Part shown: positions 15,555 to 22,152 of the stretch, one piece after another | Numbering within the stretch: position 1 is the first letter of the stretch | Layout of the letters: every line of letters begins with the position of its first letter | Source: an uncultured Clostridia bacterium | GTDB lineage: Bacteria > Bacillota > Clostridia > Christensenellales > CAG-917 | Length of the DNA stretch: 64,000 nt | Reading direction: 5' to 3' | Assembly (NCBI GenBank): GCA_947625225.1 | Contig: CANQNQ010000004.1 | Span: forward strand, 64,443 to 128,442 | Notes under the pieces: generated by a model | What the model saw: the letters and a program-made list of their open reading frames with translations, nothing else | Told to the model about the DNA's origin: nothing | Database searches by the model: none | Program-made: the position numbers and the translations under genes

Positions 15555-15583
15555 ATTATATATTGATTTGTCAACCGTGTCAA
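15555..15583 (-). promoter_or_regulatory. Candidate sigma-A promoter for rpoB-rpoC-metK (TTGACA-17-TATAAT)
   Basis: On the minus strand, -35 TTGACA is at 15583..15578 and -10 TATAAT at 15560..15555, with an exact 17-nt spacer. This implies a 5' UTR of about 155 nt. Confidence 0.55.
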
Positions 15584-15758
15584 GAGTTTTGCGCCAATTA
15601 TTTATAATAAATTTTATATTTTTTTATTCTGCGTGCGCACGCGCGTTTTTGAGCGCCCGCATACGCTCATTTGGCGCAAATTTGACTTGCGCTTGAGCGC
15701 AATACGGCTTATAATCATCATTGTAAAGGCGCTGCTGTGGGAGGCGCCGGGAGGAAAT

Positions 15759-16001
15759 ATGCGTATAGACAAATTTTTGAAGCTGTCTCGCGTGATAAAG
15801 CGTCGCACCGTTGCGGCGGAGGCATGCGACGGCGGCAGGATAGAGATAGGCGGCAAGCCCGTCAAGCCCTCCAAAGAGGTCAAGGTGGGCGACGTCGTGA
15901 CCGTCACTTTCGGCAACCGCTCCATGTCCTTCGAGGTGCTCAGCGTGGACGAAAGACAGACCAAACAGAGCGCGGAGAGCATGTACCGCGTTATAGAATG
16001 A
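15759..16001 (+). CDS. rqcP: S4-domain RNA-binding protein, RqcP/YabO-like (80 aa)
   Basis: MRIDKFLKLSRVIKRRTVAAEACDGGRIEIGGKPVKPSKEVKVGDVVTVTFG... closely parallels B. subtilis YabO (MRLDKFLKVSRLIKRRTLAKEV...). GGGAGGA sits just upstream of the ATG at 15759. The ORF-track start at 15633 (GTG) is rejected. Confidence 0.8.
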   Translation: MRIDKFLKLSRVIKRRTVAAEACDGGRIEIGGKPVKPSKEVKVGDVVTVTFGNRSMSFEVLSVDERQTKQSAESMYRVIE

Positions 16002-16013
16002 TTTGGGTGACAT

Positions 16014-17123
16014 ATGAAAATCAACGTCATCATAACCGCGGGAGGCGGCAGCGTCCGCTTCGGGGAGGGCGACAAACTGTATATGCCGCTGGGCGCGACC
16101 TGCGTCGTGCTTGAGGCGACGCTCCCCTTTTTAGGCATAGAGGGCGTCTCGCGCGTGATCATTGCCGCCAAAGACGCAAGGGCGCTTGGCGACAGCATGA
16201 AGCGCTATGGCGTAAGCGACGGGCGCATAGTAGTCTCCCCCTGCGGCACAACGCGCACAAAGACCGTGAAGGCGGCGCTTGAATATGTCGAGGAGGACGC
16301 GGACTACATCCTCATCCACGACGGCGCGCGCTCATTTGTGACCGCCGATCTGATACGCAAAGTAATTGACGGCGCAAGCTGCGGAGCGTGTGTGCCGCTT
16401 GTCCCCCTCATCGATTCGCTGGTGCGCACAGACGGCGATATAACGCCATGCGACCGCGCAAATTTCCGTGGAGTGCAGACTCCATTCAGCGCAAGAAGAG
16501 ATTGGATGATAGAGGCGTACAAGACAGAAAATGACTTTTACGACGACGTTTCCGCGCTTAAAACGCTCGATTGCGTCAAAATAAACCATATCGACGGGGA
16601 TCCCGCAAACAGAAAGATAACCTACGCGTGTGACCTTGACGGGCGGGATATGCTTACGGGCATAGGCTACGACATACACCGTCTGACGGACGGCGACGGG
16701 CTGCCGTTGTGCGGCGTAAAGGTGCCCTGCGACTTTGCGTTTGTTGCGCACAGCGACGGCGACGTGCCCATCCACGCGCTGATGGACGCAATGCTGTCTG
16801 CGATGGGCGAAAAGGATATCGGCTGGCGCTTCCCCACCGACGACCCCGCCTACGACGATATAGACAGCACAGAGCTGCTTGAAAACGTGCTTGCCGAGAC
16901 GCGCGACAGAGGGCTTTGCGTGCACAACGCGGCGATAGCGATAATTGCCGAGAAGCCGCGCCTTGCGCCGTATATAGATCGAATGCAGTTGTCCCTCTCT
17001 CGCCTGTTGGCGCTCTCCCCCGACCGCATTGGCGTCACGGTGACCACCAACGAGGGCGTGGGCGAGCTTGGCGCATGCAAGGCGATAGCGGCGTACGCCT
17101 CGGTCACTTTGGCGCGCAAATAA
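16014..17123 (+). CDS. ispDF: Bifunctional IspD/IspF (MEP cytidylyltransferase fused to MEcPP synthase)
   Basis: The N-terminal half, VIITAGGGSVRFG...HDGARSFV, is IspD-like. The C-terminal half, GIGYDIHRL...VAHSDGDVPIHALMDAMLSAMGEKDIG...TTNEGVGELG, is IspF-like. Both lie in one ORF. Confidence 0.92.
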   Translation: MKINVIITAGGGSVRFGEGDKLYMPLGATCVVLEATLPFLGIEGVSRVIIAAKDARALGDSMKRYGVSDGRIVVSPCGTTRTKTVKAALEYVEEDADYILIHDGARSFVTADLIRKVIDGASCGACVPLVPLIDSLVRTDGDITPCDRANFRGVQTPFSARRDWMIEAYKTENDFYDDVSALKTLDCVKINHIDGDPANRKITYACDLDGRDMLTGIGYDIHRLTDGDGLPLCGVKVPCDFAFVAHSDGDVPIHALMDAMLSAMGEKDIGWRFPTDDPAYDDIDSTELLENVLAETRDRGLCVHNAAIAIIAEKPRLAPYIDRMQLSLSRLLALSPDRIGVTVTTNEGVGELGACKAIAAYASVTLARK

Positions 17124-17135
17124 AAAATCGTATAG

Positions 17136-17164
17136 AAAAACCGCTCTCTGCGAGCGGTTTTTTT
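17136..17164. terminator. Bidirectional intrinsic terminator between the convergent ispDF and DUF898 genes
   Basis: AAAAACCGCTC-TCTGC-GAGCGGTTTTTTT. The flanking A-run and T-run allow it to work on both strands. Confidence 0.75.
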
Positions 17165-17183
17165 GATCGTTTTTTTCAAAAAC

Positions 17184-17987
17184 TCAGTTTTCGAAGTGTA
17201 TATTCTCCGTTATCCACTGCTGCATCTTGACATAGGAGAAAACAGAGTATATGCCAAGCGTAATGATGTTGAGCAAGCCATACAGCGCCCATTTGCCCAA
17301 CAGTTCCCCGCCGGTACCGTCAAAGCGCATTTTGCGCCCCGCGATCACGCTGTTGTTTATCTGCCAACGCATAAACTTGCACTTGCCCCACGCGGCGTAA
17401 AAGCCGAGCGTGACAAATTCGAGCAAACCGCTGACGATACTTGTGCGCAGACGTTGACCTACGCTTCCTTCAAACTCGTTAAGATCCCTGCGCTCGCCCT
17501 CTATATAAGTGTGACGATTGAGCCACTCTTGCAGCTTCTTCGGGACCCAAATGCCATATATGCCCAGCGTGATGGCGCAAAGAAACATCCACCAATAGTA
17601 ATTGCCTACCAATTCTCCGCCTGTGCCGTCAAATGAGAGACGCTTGCCGTCTATGATCTTGTTGTTTATCCTCCAGCGGTATCTGCGGCAGAGCGCCCAC
17701 GGGGTGAATATGGTCAGCGTGACAAGCACAAGCAGAAAGTTGGTTATCTCAAGTCCCAACAACTTGCCGGCAGTGCCGACAAATTTGCTCTCACCGTCTG
17801 CAGCGCGTGAAGCAACTTCGTCGCGCTCTTCAACGGAACGCTTTTCGGCAACCTTTATATTGATGTTTTCGGGAGCGACGTACTTGGGATTTCTATACTT
17901 TCTTCCGCATCCCGGGCACTTCATCGTAGGCTCGTCCGCAAACACTTCAAACACTGCGCCGCAAGACGAACACCTGACCTTTGCCAT
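17184..17987 (-). CDS. Zinc-ribbon plus DUF898 (YjgN-like) membrane protein
   Basis: The N-terminus MAKVRCSSCGAVFEVFADEPTMKCPGCGRKYRN is followed by two copies of the DUF898 signature (F.GTGGEL.G......TLGIY..W). The true start is taken as ATG 17987, with GGAGG 6 nt upstream. The ORF-track start at 18002 is rejected. Confidence 0.75.
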   Translation of the reverse strand: MAKVRCSSCGAVFEVFADEPTMKCPGCGRKYRNPKYVAPENINIKVAEKRSVEERDEVASRAADGESKFVGTAGKLLGLEITNFLLVLVTLTIFTPWALCRRYRWRINNKIIDGKRLSFDGTGGELVGNYYWWMFLCAITLGIYGIWVPKKLQEWLNRHTYIEGERRDLNEFEGSVGQRLRTSIVSGLLEFVTLGFYAAWGKCKFMRWQINNSVIAGRKMRFDGTGGELLGKWALYGLLNIITLGIYSVFSYVKMQQWITENIHFEN

Positions 17988-18047
17988 AACTTTCCTCCCC
18001 ATTGTTTTGATCGGATGTTATATAGGTATGCGCCTATACCAATATAA

Positions 18048-18076
18048 ATTTTAACATATATCATACATATTATCAA
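18048..18076 (-). promoter_or_regulatory. Candidate promoter for the DUF898 gene (TTGATA-17-TAAAAT)
   Basis: On the minus strand, -35 is at 18076..18071 and -10 at 18053..18048, with a 17-nt spacer. Confidence 0.4.
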
Positions 18077-18087
18077 TAAAAGAAATT

Positions 18088-18111
18088 GCGAGCGGCACCC
18101 ACGCCGCTCGC
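18088..18111 (-). terminator. Hairpin downstream of the small membrane-protein gene
   Basis: GCGAGCGG-N8-CCGCTCGC forms an 8-bp GC-rich stem. On the minus strand it is followed by AATTTCTTTT. Confidence 0.45.
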
Positions 18112-18181
18112 TTGTATCCTATGTGGATATAAATTATTATGTTAAATTACTTGGCTTAGCACTTTCATTATTAGAAAATAA

Positions 18182-18589
18182 TTATTCTTCATATGACTCA
18201 AATGCTTCATTTGAAACAACAGGAGCAATATGAGTCTGCGAAGACGGCGCCTCCGCTTGTTTTTCCACCTTTCTGCATGCCGTTACTATATTTTTTATAC
18301 ATACCAATATTATCAACAAACCAGCAACTATTAAGATTACTCCTAATGCTTGTTTTATCGCCTCGCAAAAATCCGCTACAACGACTAAATTGTTCGCCGC
18401 TGTTTTAGTTGCATCGTATGAATATGTGTAAAAATCTGCGCCGAATCTCGCATCCCATTGAATTTCAGTAAAATAACTACTCTCTACAGAACAGGTAATA
18501 AGTCCAAAAATAAATGCTAAACACCCAACAAGCAATCCTATGCTAAATATCACGATTTCCAATACGTCCTTTTGTTTCTTGTTGCTCAT
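18182..18589 (-). CDS. Small hypothetical membrane protein (135 aa, about 3 TM helices), AT-rich
   Basis: MSNKKQKDVLEIVIFSIGLLVGCLAFIFGLITCS... Start at ATG 18589, preceded by GGAGGT. No recognisable family. Confidence 0.6.
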   Translation of the reverse strand: MSNKKQKDVLEIVIFSIGLLVGCLAFIFGLITCSVESSYFTEIQWDARFGADFYTYSYDATKTAANNLVVVADFCEAIKQALGVILIVAGLLIILVCIKNIVTACRKVEKQAEAPSSQTHIAPVVSNEAFESYEE

Positions 18590-18720
18590 CTGTCCTACCT
18601 CCAAATAGAATTTTTATAGTAATTTTTTTCTATACATGTATTTTAACAGATTATTTTTTCTAAGTCAATCAGTAATTAGGAATATAATGGTATAATCCTA
18701 CAAAAAGGAATAAAATTAGT

Positions 18721-19002
18721 ATGAACAGAATTAGAGAATTGCGTGAGGACATGGATTTAAGACAAATCGATGTCGCAAATGCAACCAATATAGATCAAAA
18801 AACGCTATCCAATTATGAAACAGGACGTACAAATCCTGACAGTTATGTAATAGTTACACTTGCAGAATTTTTTGGGGTTACATGCGACTATTTACTCGGC
18901 GTTACTGATAGAAATCTTGCCAATATGGATGATGCTATTGAGGAATTGGACGAAATTAACAAACGAATTGAAAGCGTCAAAAAATTTTTAACTAGCAAAT
19001 AA
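18721..19002 (+). CDS. XRE-family helix-turn-helix transcriptional regulator (93 aa)
   Basis: MNRIRELREDMDLRQIDVANATNIDQKTLSNYETGRTNPDSYVIVTLAEFFGVTCDYLLGVTD is a canonical HTH_3 pattern. It is divergent from the small membrane-protein gene. Confidence 0.85.
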   Translation: MNRIRELREDMDLRQIDVANATNIDQKTLSNYETGRTNPDSYVIVTLAEFFGVTCDYLLGVTDRNLANMDDAIEELDEINKRIESVKKFLTSK

Positions 19003-19042
19003 TTTTCCTTTTCTATGGTTCTATATATTTATCGTAAAAATA

Positions 19043-19075
19043 AAACATATCTAAATTGCGCGATATGTTTTATTT
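19043..19075. terminator. AT-rich hairpin between the convergent XRE and DUF1893 genes
   Basis: AAACATATC-N10-GATATGTTT is flanked by A/T runs on both sides. Confidence 0.4.
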
Positions 19076-19133
19076 ATATTTATATTGCATTAAAATTATA
19101 TAAATTGTAATTTAATAGATCAAAATCGTACGT

Positions 19134-19556
19134 TTACGCCTTGTTTTTGTCGTTTGCCGCAAGTTCCGCGACCTTCTTTTTTAGCGCGACGTACGCCTCC
19201 TCGGGCGAATCTATGCCCGCAACGGCGCACTCCATGGGGCACTGTCCCGTGCCCTGTCTGTTGATTATCATATCCGTCAGCGTGCCGTACTCGTACGCAA
19301 TGCCAAACCTTTTGAGCACGTCCTCGCCGCCGCGGCTGAGAGTGGCGGCATACACCTCTTTTACGCCGCCAAGCGCCATCAAAAGCGCCGCCGCCCTGCC
19401 GACTATCCTGTCCGCAACGCTCGCGCCGCTAAGCGCGTCCTCACCCTGCAAAAAGAGGAGCGACTTGACGCCACGCTCCTCAAAAGTGCTCACCGCGCCG
19501 TCTCTGACCACCGCCAGGGTAACGCCGTCCTTCAAATGCTGTATTGCGGGATTCAT
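19134..19556 (-). CDS. DUF1893 (TM1506-like) domain protein (140 aa)
   Basis: ...VADRIVGRAAALLMALGGVKEVYAATLSRGGEDVLKRFGI...INRQGTGQCPMECAV resembles the DUF1893 family as I remember it. Its start overlaps the upstream stop by 4 nt (ATGA). Confidence 0.7.
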   Translation of the reverse strand: MNPAIQHLKDGVTLAVVRDGAVSTFEERGVKSLLFLQGEDALSGASVADRIVGRAAALLMALGGVKEVYAATLSRGGEDVLKRFGIAYEYGTLTDMIINRQGTGQCPMECAVAGIDSPEEAYVALKKKVAELAANDKNKA

Positions 19557-20122
19557 TCCTTCTTTGCCTCGCGCTTGAGTATTGCGGCAAGCGCAATGAC
19601 GATTGCCGGCACCAGCAACGCCTGCACGTACAAGCCCGTCAGAGAGGTCTGCACGGACGCCCAGACGTGCGCAAAGGACGCGCCCGCAATGAGGTTGTAG
19701 ACCGCATATACGGTCCTGCCCGCCAGCTGCGCAAGCAGCACCGCGGGGAAGGCGAACAGCGAGTTTTTCTCTATCTTCTTGGCAAACAGACCGGTCACCG
19801 CTCCAAATGCCGCAAGCTCCAGAGTCATGTACGGCAACCTTTCAAGCGCGGGCATTGCAGAGCCTAGCGCCAATGTGGTGAACCCAAAGCTGACTATGGG
19901 CGCGATTATGCCCACGCCAAGTCCCCACTGCCAACCGAGCAGGCAACCCGCAAGCAGTGCGGGAAGATACATCGGCATCCATGCCGCGCCCGCCGACGCG
20001 CCGCCGATTATGTGCGCGATCTGCGGCAGACCCACAGACAAAATGACCATTGCCACGCTTATGGCGCCCTTTACGGACAGCCTTACAGCCAACTTTTGCT
20101 TAGCAAGAACTGCATTCAACAT
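19553..20122 (-). CDS. Putative ECF-transporter S component-like membrane protein (189 aa, 5-6 TM helices)
   Basis: An all-hydrophobic, small multi-pass protein (…GLPQIAHIIGGASAGAAWMPMYLPALLAGCLLG…). The family assignment is tentative and the substrate is unknown. Confidence 0.5.
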   Translation of the reverse strand: MLNAVLAKQKLAVRLSVKGAISVAMVILSVGLPQIAHIIGGASAGAAWMPMYLPALLAGCLLGWQWGLGVGIIAPIVSFGFTTLALGSAMPALERLPYMTLELAAFGAVTGLFAKKIEKNSLFAFPAVLLAQLAGRTVYAVYNLIAGASFAHVWASVQTSLTGLYVQALLVPAIVIALAAILKREAKKE

Positions 20123-20182
20123 AAGTCACCTCACGCCACCGCCCGCCATGCGGACAGCGGATATTGTATTTATATTATATAT

Positions 20183-20211
20183 ATAATAAAATTATCTCCT
20201 TAATAAGTCAA
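20183..20211 (-). promoter_or_regulatory. Candidate promoter for the ECF-S-like/DUF1893 pair (TTGACT-17-TATTAT)
   Basis: On the minus strand, -35 is at 20211..20206 and -10 at 20188..20183. Confidence 0.4.
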
Positions 20212-20240
20212 GTGCAAATTTTCAAAACATATATAACCAC

Positions 20241-20268
20241 AAAAGCTCCGCATTGCTGCGGAGCTTTT
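20241..20268 (-). terminator. Intrinsic terminator after the 352-aa zinc-ribbon membrane protein gene
   Basis: AAAAGCTCCGCA-TTGC-TGCGGAGCTTTT, 18 nt downstream of the stop at 20286. Confidence 0.7.
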
Positions 20269-20285
20269 CAAATGCCAATATCAGA

Positions 20286-21344
20286 TCACTTGTATTGCTT
20301 GTTGGTATCGCTGATGCGGAAGGAGAAGTAGGTCAACGCAACGAGTGACACGAAGGTCAAACCAATGTTTACGACATACGGATTGATATACAGCCTTATC
20401 ATCTCCAACACATTTGCGCCTTCTTCCAAACCGCCGCCAAACGCTTCCTTGAATTGGAGCGCCATGCCGCCGACGCCATAGAGTCCGCAGTAAGCAAGCG
20501 CTATGATGGAGAAGATCAGCGCGAACGCATAACCTGCCAACTTGCCGCTCTTGAGCTGCTTGTTCAAAGACTTGCCGGTCTTGATCTCGCTCGCCTTAAG
20601 GTCGGCAACGCTGAGGTGCATTGCGGACAACACGAACATCGTCAACGCAGCCATTGCGACAGGCACAAAGTTGATAGTGCTCCAGAAGACTTCACCCTTG
20701 ATAAGCTCTGTAAACTTCGTCTCTTTGAATATGTTGAGGTAATTGCCATAGCCGGATTGCAACACGTTTGCCGCGCGCAGACCGACGATAGCCAGCAACA
20801 ACAGGGAGAACGCAAGGATAAATCCATAGGCGACTCTCTTGCCGACGATCCTCTTCAGGGTCGTCTTTTTCTTTGCGGCATAGGCGATGTCGTCAAATTC
20901 CTGCTCGGACTCTTCTTCGACTTCCTCTTCGGCCGCTTCCTCAGCCTGTTCTTCAGCCTCATCGGACTCGTCGAGGTCGAGGATATCCTCATCGATAGCC
21001 TCTTCGGCAGCTTCCTCTTCCTGCTTCTCTGCCACAGGCTCCGTCTGCTGAGCCGCTGCGGGAGCGACCGCCGCTACGCCTGCCGCCGCCGCGCCATAAG
21101 GCATAAAGGGCTGCGCGCCGTAGGGAGCGCCATAGGGAGCGCCGTACATAGGCATACCGAAGCCGCCCATATACTGTGCGTTGGGAGGCGTCGCCAATGT
21201 TGCCGCCTGACCCATCATGCGAGCATACGGGTCATAATAGCTGTTGCGATACTTTTTGCCGCATTGAGGACAAGTGATCACTTCAAGAGTGGAATCGATT
21301 TCCACAATGTTGCCACAAGTTGAACATCTGAATTTTTTTGCCAT
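20286..21344 (-). CDS. Zinc-ribbon membrane protein with an acidic linker (352 aa)
   Basis: The N-terminus MAKKFRCSTCGNIVEIDSTLEVITCPQCGKKYRN is followed by a Pro/Ala/Gly/Tyr-rich stretch, an EEEAAEEAIDEDILDLDESDEAEEQAEEAAEEEVEEESE linker and about 5 TM helices. AAGGAG ribosome-binding site. Confidence 0.7.
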   Translation of the reverse strand: MAKKFRCSTCGNIVEIDSTLEVITCPQCGKKYRNSYYDPYARMMGQAATLATPPNAQYMGGFGMPMYGAPYGAPYGAQPFMPYGAAAAGVAAVAPAAAQQTEPVAEKQEEEAAEEAIDEDILDLDESDEAEEQAEEAAEEEVEEESEQEFDDIAYAAKKKTTLKRIVGKRVAYGFILAFSLLLLAIVGLRAANVLQSGYGNYLNIFKETKFTELIKGEVFWSTINFVPVAMAALTMFVLSAMHLSVADLKASEIKTGKSLNKQLKSGKLAGYAFALIFSIIALAYCGLYGVGGMALQFKEAFGGGLEEGANVLEMIRLYINPYVVNIGLTFVSLVALTYFSFRISDTNKQYK

Positions 21345-21372
21345 TTGCGTTTTTCTCCTTATTATTAACTAT

Positions 21373-21401
21373 ATTATATGCCTATGCTTGTATTAAGTCA
21401 A
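21373..21401 (-). promoter_or_regulatory. Candidate promoter for the 352-aa zinc-ribbon gene (TTGACT-17-TATAAT)
   Basis: On the minus strand, -35 is at 21401..21396 and -10 at 21378..21373, with a 17-nt spacer. It lies between the upstream terminator and the gene. Confidence 0.55.
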
Positions 21402-21430
21402 TGATAAATTTGCAATGTTTCAAAATTTTT

Positions 21431-21457
21431 TCAAAAAATCCGCTTGGCAAGCGGAAA
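21431..21457 (-). terminator. Intrinsic terminator of the orphan unit
   Basis: The minus strand reads TCCGCTT-GCC-AAGCGGA followed by TTTTTT. Confidence 0.65.
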
Positions 21458-21625
21458 ATTTGTCGTTCCCTCGCCCTTTTTGCACGCGCAATCCGGCAAG
21501 TAAGCGCAATTTTCCATTGCAATATTTCATCGACTTCACCCTCCCGCGAACTGCCGCGAGCGGACAAACATACCGGCGGATACCTGCCCCGGCGCCGAAT
21601 GGCGACACGCGCAAAGGCAATATCC
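21431..21625 (-). ncRNA. Candidate small RNA of about 190 nt (orphan promoter-to-terminator unit); class unknown
   Basis: The unit is bounded by a near-consensus promoter (21632..21660) and an intrinsic terminator (21431..21457). Its only internal ORF (36 aa, 21530..21420) has its stop codon beyond the terminator. Its 5' segment CCUUUGCGCGUGU can pair with the 3' segment GCGCGUGCAAAAAGG. Confidence 0.4.
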
Positions 21626-21631
21626 TTGATT

Positions 21632-21660
21632 ATTATAATATAAATTTCGCCGTCGGTCAA
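21632..21660 (-). promoter_or_regulatory. Candidate promoter of the orphan unit (TTGACC-17-TATAAT)
   Basis: On the minus strand, -35 TTGACC is at 21660..21655 and -10 TATAAT at 21637..21632, with a 17-nt spacer. Confidence 0.55.
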
Positions 21661-21975
21661 GAGTGGACTTCAAGCATTGTTAAGATTTTTTGTAAGCGTC
21701 GTTTTTCCCCGCCTTTTGCGCCGTAAACGCCGGCTTCGCCGCATTTTGCAGCACAAACATCGCAATCTCGAATTTGCGCAAAAACAACGTTTATAACGAC
21801 AAAACGGCATATAAACATCGCCTTTTGCATAAATTTACCAATTCTGCCGCTTGCCGTTTGGCGCAATTCTATTTGTATTTGCGCCCAAGCCCATGCGCGC
21901 ACGATTTGACGACCGCCTACATCTTTACGCAAAAATTTGCAAAAAAATACAATTTGAAAAATATTGCATATTCCC

Positions 21976-22004
21976 TTGACAGCGCGGGGACATTGTGATA
22001 AATT
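21976..22004 (+). promoter_or_regulatory. Candidate pyrG promoter (TTGACA-17-TAAATT)
   Basis: -35 TTGACA is at 21976..21981 and a weaker -10 TAAATT at 21999..22004. The implied leader is about 140 nt. Confidence 0.4.
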
Positions 22005-22066
22005 TATTTCTGTTTTTTGATGGATTGCATCAACAACATACGGATTTTGTTCACGGCGATTTTTTC

Positions 22067-22084
22067 TTAGGTGTCGACACCTAA
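22067..22084. promoter_or_regulatory. Perfect 18-bp palindrome in the pyrG leader (TTAGGTGTCGACACCTAA)
   Basis: Read directly from the sequence. It is followed by A9, then ACGCC-T7GT5GAA-GGCGT. It could be an operator or an RNA hairpin. Confidence 0.3.
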
Positions 22085-22152
22085 AAAAAAACGCCTTTTT
22101 TTGTTTTTGAAGGCGTAAAAAATGTAAATAACGGACTTATGGAGGACAAAAA

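Noticed and set aside
20123-20182. A possible riboswitch was considered in the leader of the ECF-S-like/DUF1893 operon, because ECF S-component genes are often riboswitch-controlled.
   Set aside because: The predicted 5' UTR is only about 55-60 nt. It contains just one small hairpin (CCGC...GCGG), and I could not match it to preQ1, THF, TPP or other compact aptamers by eye. An Rfam scan would settle this.
21420-21530. A 36-aa ORF with a good ribosome-binding site (GGGAGGG) lies inside the orphan transcription unit.
   Set aside because: Its stop codon (21422-21420) lies beyond the terminator U-run (21433-21438), so a terminated transcript would lack a stop. The peptide has no recognisable features. 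It is kept only as an alternative under the sRNA finding.
22085-22125. A Bacillus-type pyrG attenuator (terminator hairpin plus reiterative-transcription start) was looked for.
   Set aside because: Only a weak 5-bp stem (ACGCC/GGCGT) with a 16-nt loop is present. There is no GGGC-type initially transcribed sequence after the predicted -10 element.
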